A stretch of 64,000 nt of DNA, taken from assembly GCA_964583975.1 (NCBI GenBank), contig CAZOXU010000009.1, positions 3,195-67,194 of the forward strand, given 5' to 3'. The translations under genes were made by a program, and so were the position numbers. Of the stretch, positions 26,769 through 36,644 are shown in pieces. Position 1 is the stretch's first letter. Each line of letters opens with the position of its first letter. This stretch comes from an uncultured Planctomycetales bacterium. GTDB taxonomy: Bacteria; Omnitrophota; Gorgyraeia; Zapsychrales; Fredricksoniimonadaceae. The notes below the pieces were generated by a model, which saw nothing but the letters and a program-made list of their open reading frames with translations, was not told where the DNA came from and did not search any database.

Positions 26769-29700
26769 ATGAAACGTTCGATCGCCATAGGCATCCTTAT
26801 AAGCTTTGTTACTACTATCATCTGTCCAGCCCGTAGCTATGCTGCGCCAGGCCAGTTAAACCTACCTGTTCCTGGAACTATGGTGAATTTGAGCCAAAGC
26901 TTTGCACCCGTGATTTTAAAGGGTGTCAGAGTTTATCCCGATAATCCCTTACGTTTTGATTTTATTCTTGATACCGGAGATTCCAAATTAAAGGGCCAGG
27001 CGCTTAAAGATGAATCCAACCGTTTAATCAAATATTTCTTAGCCTCTTTGACTGTTCCAGAAAAGGATCTGTGGGTGAATCTTTCGCCATATGAAAAAGA
27101 TCGGATTGTTCCTGAATCTTTTGGTGTCACCCAAATGGGCCGCGATCTTTTGGCTGAGGATTATATTCTCAAGCAAATGACCGCTAGTCTTATCTATCCT
27201 GAAGATGAATTAGGTAAGAAGTTTTGGAAGAGAATCTACGAAGAAGCACAAGCCAAATATCACACCACCAATATCCCAGTAAATACCTTTAATAAAGTTT
27301 GGATTGTTCCAGAGCACGCCAGTGTTTATAAGAATGGTACCTCAGCATTCGTCACCAAGGCGCATTTGAAGGTTATGTTAGAGGCTGATTATTTAGCGAT
27401 GAATAAGAATGCCGTGTCTGCACAGGCGCAGGATGCAAATCAAATCGGCTCCCAAATCGTCCGTGAAATTGTCCTACCAGCTCTTGAAAAAGAAATTAAT
27501 GAAGGTCAAAACTTTATCCAACTTAGACAAATCTATAATTCTCTTATCCTAGCCATTTGGTTTAAACGTAATCTGAAGGAAAGTGTGCTTGGTAAAATCT
27601 ACATGGGCCAAAATAAAGTTGGTGGGGTAGATATTCAAGATAAGAATGAAAAACAAAAAATTTATCAATCGTATCTCGAAGCCTATAAAAAGGGCGTTTA
27701 TAACTATATTAAGGAAGACCGTGATCCGGTTACTCAAAAAACAACGCCTCGTAAATATTTCTCTGGTGGAGCTTGGATGTCGCGAGCAACAAATGTTTTT
27801 AGCGATGAAGCGACATTGGGTGATGTGTCGATCGATCCTGATCACGCCATGCTGGTCAAAGCTAATTTAAAAGCCGAAGAAGAGAATATTTCTGCCCCAA
27901 AAGATCGTGCTATGATTGCAGATATTCCTCGGGTGTTGCAAGATAAAGATGTTCCGGCATTCAGAAGTATTCGAGATCGAATTTTGTGGCTTTCTACTCG
28001 GATGATTGAAGAGGCTAATCGTAACAAAGAAGATGTGAATGTGGGCGGACATCAGGCTGCAGCTGCTTCGTCTTTGGATATCATGATGGCCTTAGAATTA
28101 TTTACTATGAATGGCCCTGATTTTGTGGCTCATAAACCTCACGCAGGTCCGGTTTATCATGCAATTCAATACCTTTTAGGAAAATTATCTAAAGAAACTT
28201 TAAGCCGCTTACGTGAAAATGCAATTTCTCCAGATTATAGTTCTCGTTTACAAGAAACAATTAAGGCTCTTCCGCCAGAAGCTGCTGAGCAATTCAGGGT
28301 TTTTCAGTCAAAATTATTAGAAGATCTTCCGCTTAGCGCCAATAGTGATTTAGATAAGGAAGGACTCCATTCATATCCAGGAATGGCAGATCCAGATCGA
28401 GTGCTTATTCCCACAGGTTCAGTGGGTCTTGGTCCTGCTGCAACAATTGCATTAGCACTCTCCTACAAATGGATGAAAGATCATGGGTATAATGTTCCTG
28501 ATCCACGGTTTTATGCTGTGGTTGGAGATTCTGAATTTGGTGAAGGTAATTATCAGGAAATACTGCCTTTAGTGCAGCAATTTGGTCTTAAAAATATAAC
28601 TCACATTTTGGATTATAATCGTCAATCCTTGGATGGTAATACCCAACAATGGCGTTTACAAAATATTAAAGATCGTTATGCAGCCAATGGTTGGAAGATC
28701 ATTGAGTTAAAGTGGGGCAGTAAGCTTAAGGCAGCTTTTGCTGATGGCGGCCAGAAATTCCGAGAAGTGATGGATGCTTTGCCTCAGGAAGAATATCAAG
28801 ATATGACGGGTAAAACTGGAGCAGAGATTCGAGAATATTTGATCAATAAAGAAACTTCATTAGCTAGATTTTTGGAGAAATATAATGATGAACAGCTTTA
28901 TGATCTATATACGGATTTGGCAGGACATGATTTGCAGGTATTAACTTCAGCATTGCAAGAAGCAAAGATCAGCGGACAATCGGTTGCTATTATCGCCCAT
29001 ACAATTAAGGGAAAAGGTTTAAGGCCATTGATTGGTCAGCCTGGCAATCATTCGATGCGTTTAACTCCAACTGCACTGGAAGATTTGCGTAAAGAAATGG
29101 GAATATCCGAAGTTGAACCTTTTCCTGCCTTTGATGCAGAATCTGTAGAAGGTAAGCTATTAAATAATCTAAAAGATAGGATCGATTTAGAACGTCAGGC
29201 TGCAGCAGAACTTATCAGTTCTAATTCTGGTGCTAATAAAACATTTGATGTAAGTAATATTCCAAGTCGTATAACACCATCTTCTGCGATAGTTCCTACA
29301 GGACTCTCCAATGTGTCTACCCAGGTTTGGTTTGGGTATATCATTTCCATGCTTCGGGGAATTTCTCAAAAGTCTGAGGCTGAATTAACTGATGAAGAAC
29401 GTTCTTGGTTGCCGATTGCTAAAAGAATTGTAACCATTTCTCCGGATGTGGCTACTTCCACAGGTGTTGGTAAAAAAGGAAAATTGGCAGGGTATGGACC
29501 TGATAGCTTAGAGGATACACATATTCGTCTGGGTATTGAAGAAATGAATGCTCTGACGGTTGCTGCAGCTTTAGGAAAAATGAGAGATTTCATGGGCCAA
29601 TCAATTCTGCCCGTTGTAACCATTTATGACATGTTTTTGTTTCGTCGCGCCTTAGACCCAGCATTTTACGCTCAATATTGGAAATCGCGTGTTCTTATGG

Positions 29701-31055
29701 TTGGAACACCATCAGGATCAACTCTTGCACCAGAAGGAGCTCAGCACCAGTCGATTACTTCAGCCGTTATTGGCGGGGCTTTGCCGAATACCATTGTTTG
29801 GGATCCAGCTTTCGGTGTTGAACTTGAATACATATTAGGCGATGAATTAAAAAGAACCTTAAGCGGTGACTATGAGGGAAGAAATGTAATCTATTTGCGA
29901 GGCTCAACCTTGGATCAAAGTCGTAAGGAATTAGCCGCTCGTTTGGCTGTTCAAAAACGTTTTAAAGGCCGTGAGATTTCAGAGAAGAATTTGCCGGAGG
30001 AATGGTCAGAAGACCTTTTAAAAGGCGGATATCGTTTGGTTGATTATACGGGTTACGCGGCTTATGATCCTAATGTGAATGTGGTTAATATTATTACCGT
30101 TGGCCCAATGGTCAAAGAGGCGCTCAGGGCTTCCGATAAACTTTTAGAACGAGGTATTTATGCGAATGTGATTGTAGTGAGTAGTTCATCGCTTTTACAT
30201 GGGAATTTAGGAAGAAAAGATAATTATCAACATCTAAGGAAATTGATTCCTGTTAACGAAACGTTTCTTACTCCAACAGTTGCTGTTGCTGATGCTTCTC
30301 CTGATTATTTGGCTGGGATCGCCGGTATTCTTGGTTTAAATTTGGAAATGCCAACCTTAGGTTTGCGTAAAAATGGAGTTTCAACTCGAGGAACAGCTCG
30401 TATTTATATTCATCATGGAATTTCGTTTAAAAATATTGCTGAAACAGCTTTGGCCGAGATTCGCCATAGAGATAGTGGTCATAGTCCCAAGGTTCAGATG
30501 ATGCAGCAGTGGGCTAGTAAACAATGGCAGGCAAAAATATATGCTGAAATAGCTCGTCTTGAAGATCTTTTAGAGAAAACATCATCTTTTGGTGGGGCAT
30601 ATATTCGTCAACAAATTGCGTTTTATGAAGAATTGCTAGAGAATGGAACTTTAGATGCAGCCATGAATGCCGCATTAAATGACCGATTAACAGAGTTGCG
30701 GTCTGTAATGGAAACAGCAGGGGATCTTACAGTGCGAACTATTTTGCAAAATGAAATTGATGGATTAGGTCATTTTGTGTCTGAAAAAGATTCTGCGCAA
30801 ACCGTAACCAAGAAACAAGAGCTTGGAGGTATCGACTTAAACGCAGCTAAGATGAATATTAAAGAAGAAGGTAATGATATTTCCGCCAGAGGCGGATCCG
30901 CCTTTGGCGGAAAACTTCCACCGGTGGACTTAAAAGCCTTTGAAAACAAGAATTTCAACGGCTTTACTCCAATTATTATTGAAATTGTTCCTATCAAAGA
31001 TCTTCCCATGGTTCTTGGAGCATCGCAGCCGCAAGAGAAACTTGCTTCAGTCTAG
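26769..31055 (+). CDS. Giant (1428 aa) signal-peptide protein containing a complete pyruvate dehydrogenase E1 (AceE-type, homodimeric TPP) domain, flanked by ~350-aa N-terminal and ~190-aa C-terminal extensions
   Basis: Sec signal MKRSIAIGILISFVTTIICPARSYA-AP. E1 motifs: VGGHQAAAASS, EGLHSYPG, GSVGLGPA, TPP-binding GDSEFGEGN...LDYNRQSLDG, and IIAHTIKGKG, plus a transketolase-like C-terminal domain. Confidence 0.75.
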   Translation: MKRSIAIGILISFVTTIICPARSYAAPGQLNLPVPGTMVNLSQSFAPVILKGVRVYPDNPLRFDFILDTGDSKLKGQALKDESNRLIKYFLASLTVPEKDLWVNLSPYEKDRIVPESFGVTQMGRDLLAEDYILKQMTASLIYPEDELGKKFWKRIYEEAQAKYHTTNIPVNTFNKVWIVPEHASVYKNGTSAFVTKAHLKVMLEADYLAMNKNAVSAQAQDANQIGSQIVREIVLPALEKEINEGQNFIQLRQIYNSLILAIWFKRNLKESVLGKIYMGQNKVGGVDIQDKNEKQKIYQSYLEAYKKGVYNYIKEDRDPVTQKTTPRKYFSGGAWMSRATNVFSDEATLGDVSIDPDHAMLVKANLKAEEENISAPKDRAMIADIPRVLQDKDVPAFRSIRDRILWLSTRMIEEANRNKEDVNVGGHQAAAASSLDIMMALELFTMNGPDFVAHKPHAGPVYHAIQYLLGKLSKETLSRLRENAISPDYSSRLQETIKALPPEAAEQFRVFQSKLLEDLPLSANSDLDKEGLHSYPGMADPDRVLIPTGSVGLGPAATIALALSYKWMKDHGYNVPDPRFYAVVGDSEFGEGNYQEILPLVQQFGLKNITHILDYNRQSLDGNTQQWRLQNIKDRYAANGWKIIELKWGSKLKAAFADGGQKFREVMDALPQEEYQDMTGKTGAEIREYLINKETSLARFLEKYNDEQLYDLYTDLAGHDLQVLTSALQEAKISGQSVAIIAHTIKGKGLRPLIGQPGNHSMRLTPTALEDLRKEMGISEVEPFPAFDAESVEGKLLNNLKDRIDLERQAAAELISSNSGANKTFDVSNIPSRITPSSAIVPTGLSNVSTQVWFGYIISMLRGISQKSEAELTDEERSWLPIAKRIVTISPDVATSTGVGKKGKLAGYGPDSLEDTHIRLGIEEMNALTVAAALGKMRDFMGQSILPVVTIYDMFLFRRALDPAFYAQYWKSRVLMVGTPSGSTLAPEGAQHQSITSAVIGGALPNTIVWDPAFGVELEYILGDELKRTLSGDYEGRNVIYLRGSTLDQSRKELAARLAVQKRFKGREISEKNLPEEWSEDLLKGGYRLVDYTGYAAYDPNVNVVNIITVGPMVKEALRASDKLLERGIYANVIVVSSSSLLHGNLGRKDNYQHLRKLIPVNETFLTPTVAVADASPDYLAGIAGILGLNLEMPTLGLRKNGVSTRGTARIYIHHGISFKNIAETALAEIRHRDSGHSPKVQMMQQWASKQWQAKIYAEIARLEDLLEKTSSFGGAYIRQQIAFYEELLENGTLDAAMNAALNDRLTELRSVMETAGDLTVRTILQNEIDGLGHFVSEKDSAQTVTKKQELGGIDLNAAKMNIKEEGNDISARGGSAFGGKLPPVDLKAFENKNFNGFTPIIIEIVPIKDLPMVLGASQPQEKLASV

Positions 31056-31118
31056 CCAATAATAATTTAATCCAGTAGTTTCTATCCACATGTATGTGCT
31101 TTCGTCAAATGAAAGGCA

Positions 31119-31146
31119 TTGCACATCAAGCGGGTTCTGTTACAAT
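31119..31146 (+). promoter_or_regulatory. Sigma70-like promoter for the rhlE-like helicase (TTGCAC, 16 nt spacer, TACAAT)
   Basis: TTGCAC at 31119-31124 and TACAAT at 31141-31146. Confidence 0.45.
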
Positions 31147-31179
31147 GAGCACCTATTTTAAACAAGAAAGAGGATTTTA

Positions 31180-32523
31180 ATGACAAAGCAAAACAACCAT
31201 GAACACAATGTCGCACCGGATAACCAGAACGGATTTTTTGGTTTAGGAATTGCCCCCAAGATTCTGGAAATCTTAGAGCGATTAAAGTTTAAATCACCTA
31301 CCCCTATTCAGCGTAAAGCTATTCCCATTGCCATTGAAGGTAAGGACGTTATTGGAATCGCCCAAACAGGGACTGGAAAAACCCATTCATTTGCCATACC
31401 AATGATCCAACAATTGGCCCAAAGAGATACAGTAGCGTTAGTTTTGGCCCCTACCCGAGAATTAGCTGTTCAGATTGATGAAGCTGTGAAAGTTTTAGCT
31501 CATCCTTTTGGGATGAGAACAGCTTGTTTAATTGGCGGTATGCCCATGCGCCCTCAAACCGAAGCTCTTCGCCGACGTCCACAAGTGATCATTGCCACTC
31601 CTGGTCGATTAATTGACCATATGGAAAACCAGAATTTCTCTTTAAGCAAAATAGGTATGTTTGTCATCGATGAAGCTGATCGTATGTTGGATATGGGTTT
31701 TGCGCCTTCAGTTGAGCGCATATTTAAAAGCATGTCCAAGGAACGTCAAACCATGCTATTTTCAGCGACCATGCCACAAGAAATTATGCGTTTGATTAAT
31801 ACGCATATGAAGCTTCCTGTGCAAATTGAAATGGCTCCTCCAGGAACCACGGCAGAAGGGATCACTCAAGAGCTTTATATTGTTAAACACGAAGCTAAAA
31901 TTGCTTTGTTAGATAAAATTCTAGCTAGCCGTCAAGGTTCGGTACTTTTATTTGCCCGTACCAAGCATGGGGCCCGTAAAATCACCAAATCTATCCGTGA
32001 TATGGGACACCGTGCTACCGAAATTCATTCTGACAAATCGATGTCGCAACGCGCTGATGCCTTAAATGGTTTTAAAGCGGGCCGTTTCCGTATTTTGGTT
32101 GCAACCGACATTGCTTCTCGAGGGATTGATGTGAGTAAGATCGAAACTGTTATCAATTTTGATCTACCGGATGATGTGGAAAATTATGTGCATAGAATTG
32201 GTCGTACTGGTCGAGCAGGAAGTAAGGGAGTGGCTATTTCTTTTGCGACTCCAGACCAGAAACGTGATGTTGATAATATTGAGAAATTAATCCGTAAACA
32301 ACTTCCTATCCTTAAACATCCGGATGTTCCTGCAGCTGATTTTCAACACGGGCACAGGGGAGGATCAGGCTCATCATTTCGTCCACGTCGTGCTGGTGGT
32401 GGAGCGAATTTTGGCCGTCATCACAGGTCTTCGTCATCGTCTTCTCACAAGAGTGGCTCTTCTCATAAATCTCCTCATAGCCATTTAAAGCTAAAAAGAG
32501 AAATTCAAAGAAGAACTAAGTAA
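31180..32523 (+). CDS. rhlE: ATP-dependent DEAD-box RNA helicase (RhlE-like) with a Gly/Ser/His/Arg-rich C-terminal tail
   Basis: Motifs AQTGTGKTHSF, PTRELA, DEAD, SAT and HRIGRTGRAG. Low-complexity basic tail. Confidence 0.8.
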   Translation: MTKQNNHEHNVAPDNQNGFFGLGIAPKILEILERLKFKSPTPIQRKAIPIAIEGKDVIGIAQTGTGKTHSFAIPMIQQLAQRDTVALVLAPTRELAVQIDEAVKVLAHPFGMRTACLIGGMPMRPQTEALRRRPQVIIATPGRLIDHMENQNFSLSKIGMFVIDEADRMLDMGFAPSVERIFKSMSKERQTMLFSATMPQEIMRLINTHMKLPVQIEMAPPGTTAEGITQELYIVKHEAKIALLDKILASRQGSVLLFARTKHGARKITKSIRDMGHRATEIHSDKSMSQRADALNGFKAGRFRILVATDIASRGIDVSKIETVINFDLPDDVENYVHRIGRTGRAGSKGVAISFATPDQKRDVDNIEKLIRKQLPILKHPDVPAADFQHGHRGGSGSSFRPRRAGGGANFGRHHRSSSSSSHKSGSSHKSPHSHLKLKREIQRRTK

Positions 32524-32540
32524 AATATCGTCATCTTAAG

Positions 32541-32612
32541 AGGCCTGCCGGCAGGCAGGAACGAAGGATCTCAACTAAAAGAGATTCTTCGGCTTCGCCT
32601 CAGAATGACAAA
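32541..32612. repeat. GC-rich intergenic repeat element, copy B, between the convergent rhlE-like and pilU genes
   Basis: Perfect 12-bp palindrome CCTGCCGGCAGG (32544-32555). ATTCT-TCGGCTTCGCCTC-AGAAT stem-loop, 28/31 identical to the copy at 59155-59185. Confidence 0.5.
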
Positions 32613-32629
32613 ATTATTTGAGTTTTTCG

Positions 32630-33673
32630 TTACATGAATCTACTTTTGTCGATAGCTTTGAAGTAGGCGTCTTGTTTGGCGACCTTGCCTTGAGTGACTA
32701 AATCCATGAGGCAGTTATCCATCAGAATCATTCCTGCAGCTTTATTGACTTGAATTTCATTAGAGAGTTTATTGACTTCACCATTTTGAATCAAATTGCT
32801 AATGGCTGAGGTTTGAATGAGTATTTCATAGGCACCCCAACGGCGGCCTCCTTTGATATCGGGTAGCAGTTGTTGGGCGACGATGGCGCTTAAGTTATTT
32901 GCTAGAATAGTACGAATCTGGTTCTTACGATTGGTTGGAAAGGTATCAATAATACGGTCGATGGTTTTTGCCGCGCAATTGGTATGCAAGGTAGCAAAAA
33001 CCAAGATGCCCATTTCTGAAGCATTAAGAGCTAGCTCCATAGTCTCGCGATCACGCATTTCACCCACCAGAATCACATTGGCATCACTTTTGATAGCGGT
33101 GCGCAGTCCGTTGGCAAAGCTTTGTGTGTCACGTCCCACTTCTCGGTGACAGATAATTGATTTTTTATTTTGATGCACGAACTCGAGCGGCTCTTCGAGC
33201 GTAATGATTTTATATTCATAGTTGGTGTTAATGTAGTCAATGAGTGCCGCGAGCGTGGTTGATTTTCCACTACCTGTAGGCCCTGTGACAAAGACCAGAC
33301 CTTTACGAAACTTGGCGAAATCTTTGATTTTCTCAGGGAGGCTTAATTCTTCAAACGAACGAATCACCGAGGGGATAAGTCTAAAAATGGCCCCTAATCC
33401 AAAGAAGTGTCGAAAATAATTTGCACGAAAGCGGGCCGAGCTGCCCAGCTCATAAGCAAAATCCAAATCTCCATGCTGGGTAAAGTATTGCCAACGATGT
33501 TCAGGTAGAATTTCTGACAACAGTTTTTTGATGCGCTCAGGCGAAAGGACTTCATCGGCAATGGGAGTCAAATGGCCATTGATGCGAGCCAGAGGCTGCT
33601 TGCCTTGTTGTAAATGAAGGTCAGAACCTTTGCGATCAATTAAAATTTGAAATAGTGCGTCAATTTCAGCCAT
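32630..33673 (-). CDS. pilU: Type IV pilus retraction ATPase, PilT/PilU family (second copy)
   Basis: PilT N-terminal domain, Walker A GPTGSGKST, and Asp and His boxes. 347 aa. Confidence 0.75.
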   Translation of the reverse strand: MAEIDALFQILIDRKGSDLHLQQGKQPLARINGHLTPIADEVLSPERIKKLLSEILPEHRWQYFTQHGDLDFAYELGSSARFRANYFRHFFGLGAIFRLIPSVIRSFEELSLPEKIKDFAKFRKGLVFVTGPTGSGKSTTLAALIDYINTNYEYKIITLEEPLEFVHQNKKSIICHREVGRDTQSFANGLRTAIKSDANVILVGEMRDRETMELALNASEMGILVFATLHTNCAAKTIDRIIDTFPTNRKNQIRTILANNLSAIVAQQLLPDIKGGRRWGAYEILIQTSAISNLIQNGEVNKLSNEIQVNKAAGMILMDNCLMDLVTQGKVAKQDAYFKAIDKSRFM

Positions 33674-34823
33674 TCGATAACACCTGAGGATTTTTAACGC
33701 GTTCTTTAGCTTGTTCCATGGATATTTTTCCTTCAGTCAGTAATTGCTTGATAGCATTATCCATCAACTGCATACCAGCAGCCTTACCGGTTGCCATCGC
33801 ATTGTTAATTTGCATAATTTTACCTTCACGAATCATGCTTGAGACTGGCGCGGTGACCATTAAGACTTCAAAGGCAGCGACCATAGATTTACTATCTACA
33901 GAAGGAATCAATTGCTGGCAAATCACCCCACGTAGAGATTCAGAAATCATGTTACGGATAATAGGCTGTTCGTCCGCTGGAAACGAGTCAACAACTCTGG
34001 AAATAGTCTGGGCTGCGCTTAAGGTGTTCATAGTACCGATGACCAAATGACCGGTCTCTGCTGCTGAAATGGCTAGCTGAATGCTTTCAAGATCGCGCAA
34101 TTCACTAACCACAATCACATCAGGGTCTTCGCGCATGGCAGCCCTCAGGGCATTTTGTTGATTGTGAGTATGTAAGCCTATTTCGCGTTGGGTAAATTCG
34201 CAATGATGTGGTTTGTAGACGATCTCGATCGGTTCTTCAATGCTGATAATATGGTCATGACGGTTCTGGTTGATCATCTCAACTAAGATGCCTAAGGTTG
34301 TTGTTTTGCCGCAGCCGGCCGGACCAGCGACAATGACCATGCCCTGGGCCCATTTGGTTAAACTGGCACACGAGGCAGGCATGCCGCTTGTTTCAAAAGA
34401 GGGAATGCTAGTAGAAATTAAGCGTATGGTTGCATCAATTCCAAGTCGTTGGCGCACCATGGCCATGCGGCATCGGCCAAAACCTTCAACCGTATGAACG
34501 TACTCTTTATCACCCGTTTGTAGAAGCTCTTGCATCACGGGCGCAGGCAGTGATTTGTTTAAAATTTTGGCGATAGCTTCATCCGTCAGCCGGGCAGTGC
34601 CAATTTTCTTTAGTTTTCCTAATTGACGAAAAATAATTGGTTCTCCAATCGTTAAATGAATATCGCTGGCGCCAGAAGCGCGAGCAAAGGCAATGATCTC
34701 ATTAAGTGAATTGGAGGGAGAAATTTCTGTGGGTACACTTAAAGCCGTAGAGCCTAATCCCGTCGAACCAATGAATTGTTCTGGGAGGGATTTAAGATTG
34801 CTTGGATTGTGTTCATGGCTCAT
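33666..34823 (-). CDS. pilT: Type IV pilus twitching-motility ATPase PilT
   Basis: GPAGCGKTT Walker A, GTMNTLSAAQTISR His box and an MIREGK-type C-terminal motif. Confidence 0.75.
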   Translation of the reverse strand: MSHEHNPSNLKSLPEQFIGSTGLGSTALSVPTEISPSNSLNEIIAFARASGASDIHLTIGEPIIFRQLGKLKKIGTARLTDEAIAKILNKSLPAPVMQELLQTGDKEYVHTVEGFGRCRMAMVRQRLGIDATIRLISTSIPSFETSGMPASCASLTKWAQGMVIVAGPAGCGKTTTLGILVEMINQNRHDHIISIEEPIEIVYKPHHCEFTQREIGLHTHNQQNALRAAMREDPDVIVVSELRDLESIQLAISAAETGHLVIGTMNTLSAAQTISRVVDSFPADEQPIIRNMISESLRGVICQQLIPSVDSKSMVAAFEVLMVTAPVSSMIREGKIMQINNAMATGKAAGMQLMDNAIKQLLTEGKISMEQAKERVKNPQVLSNG

Positions 34824-34921
34824 GAGAAAAATCTTAACAGATTATTGGTCAGGGACAATAGCCATTATAAATTTTGAACGAGGCTTGACAATCGCATTCT
34901 AAATGTTACTATTAAAGTAAC

Positions 34922-35335
34922 ATGAACAAGGATCTAAGGCTGTCTTCAGCCATTCATATTTTGGTTGCCTTGTATTACATGGGAAGTTCTTTGGATAGCA
35001 AGAAACTTGCTGTTAGCCTGCAGACCAATCCTGCTCTGATTAGAAGGATCTTATCGCAGTTGTCTAAAGCCGGACTCATCAGTACTGAAAAAGGCAAAGG
35101 CGGAGGCAGCAAGCTAGCCAAAAAGCTTTCCCAGATTACCATTGGTGATGTTTATCAAGCCTTGGGACAAACAAGGATATTTAAGTCTTTCGATAAGAAG
35201 CCTTTTGAGAAATGCAAGGTCAGCTGTTGTATGAAAGATACCTTGGACCATTTGTATGAAGATATTGAAAGCACCATGCTTAATCGCATGCATAAAATCA
35301 CCTTGGCTCAGGTGATTAAGGATATTGAGCGTTAG
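34922..35335 (+). CDS. Rrf2-family transcriptional regulator with three clustered Cys (likely Fe-S binding, IscR/NsrR-like)
   Basis: N-terminal wHTH (SSAIHILVALYY...) and the C-terminal cluster CKVSCC. Confidence 0.65.
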   Translation: MNKDLRLSSAIHILVALYYMGSSLDSKKLAVSLQTNPALIRRILSQLSKAGLISTEKGKGGGSKLAKKLSQITIGDVYQALGQTRIFKSFDKKPFEKCKVSCCMKDTLDHLYEDIESTMLNRMHKITLAQVIKDIER

Positions 35336-35442
35336 GACGTGTTTTCGAGGATATATTTTGGCATTTAACTCAAAAATAGTGTATCTTTAATACCAGTTTT
35401 ACACAGGTTTTATAAAATTAGTAGGGTGTCAGCCCTTAACAA

Positions 35443-36642
35443 ATGAAAGAGAGTTTTATGGAATTTCTTAAGCGATATACCGGGGTCATTGTGTTGGTAG
35501 TCGTCACGGCCTCGTTAGCTGTTTGGATTATTTTACCTCATAAGAATGCCCGTGCTTCTGCTCCAGCTGCTGCTCCTGCAGCTGTGCCTGTGACAGTGGC
35601 CACAATTGTGGAAAAACCCGTACGTACCTGGTCAGAGTTTTCTGGCCGCCTGCAGGCCGTAGATTTCGTAGAAATCCGTCCCGAGGTCAGCGGTACTATT
35701 ACAGAAATTAAATTTCAAGATGGGCAAATGGTTAAGGCTGGCGATGTTTTATTCGTGATCGACCCTCGAACCTATGAAGCTGCTGTAGCCAAAGCTCAAG
35801 CGGATTTAAATTCAGCTAAAACCAATGCCGAATTTTCTAAGACGGAATTTGAACGTGCTGAAGAGTTAATTAAGACCCAGGCCATCCCTGGTCGTGTCTA
35901 TGATGAACGTTCTAATGCTAATCGAATGGCCCAAGCCGCTGTGGCTGCAGCTCAAGCCAATTTAGAGCAAGCCCAAATTTCTTTAGATCATGCTAATTTA
36001 AAAGCACCCATCTCAGGCCGTGTATCACGTGCCGAGATTACCGTAGGCAATTTAGTAAATGCTAGTTTTAATGCTCCTGTATTAACCACTATCGTTTCGA
36101 ATAACGGCATTTATGCGGATTTCGAAGTCGATGAGCAAACCTATTTACAAAATATCCGTGCCTCGGCCAACGGTAGTGAAGAGGAACGTCAAATCCCCGT
36201 GCAATTGACCTTACAGGGGGATAAAGAACATTCGTATAAAGGCACAATCCATTCGTTTGATAATAAAATCAATCCTTCTTCTGGTACGATTCGTGCCCGC
36301 GCTAAGTTTGATAATGAAGATGGCCGTTTAATGCCAGGCATGTTTGTATCGATTAAATTAGGCAGCAGTGCTATGAATGATGCTTTGCTGGTTCCTGAGC
36401 GAGCCGTAGGCAGTGATCAAAATAAGAAATTCGTTTATGTGGTTGGTAAAGATAATAAGGTCATCTACCGTGAAGTCCAATTAGGGACCCAGGTTGATAA
36501 TCAGCGTATCGTTAATTCAGGTTTAAAATCAGGTGAGCGCGTGATTGTAGATGGTCTGCAGCATGTTCGACCTGATGCCTTGGTTGATCCCAAAGAAGCT
36601 GTTCCTAATGGCTCCAAAACCCCATCGGTGGAGTCAAAATAA
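35443..36642 (+). CDS. RND efflux membrane fusion protein (AcrA-like)
   Basis: Signal/anchor, lipoyl/hairpin/beta-barrel MFP pattern. The RND gene follows immediately. Confidence 0.8.
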   Translation: MKESFMEFLKRYTGVIVLVVVTASLAVWIILPHKNARASAPAAAPAAVPVTVATIVEKPVRTWSEFSGRLQAVDFVEIRPEVSGTITEIKFQDGQMVKAGDVLFVIDPRTYEAAVAKAQADLNSAKTNAEFSKTEFERAEELIKTQAIPGRVYDERSNANRMAQAAVAAAQANLEQAQISLDHANLKAPISGRVSRAEITVGNLVNASFNAPVLTTIVSNNGIYADFEVDEQTYLQNIRASANGSEEERQIPVQLTLQGDKEHSYKGTIHSFDNKINPSSGTIRARAKFDNEDGRLMPGMFVSIKLGSSAMNDALLVPERAVGSDQNKKFVYVVGKDNKVIYREVQLGTQVDNQRIVNSGLKSGERVIVDGLQHVRPDALVDPKEAVPNGSKTPSVESK

Positions 36643-36644
36643 CA

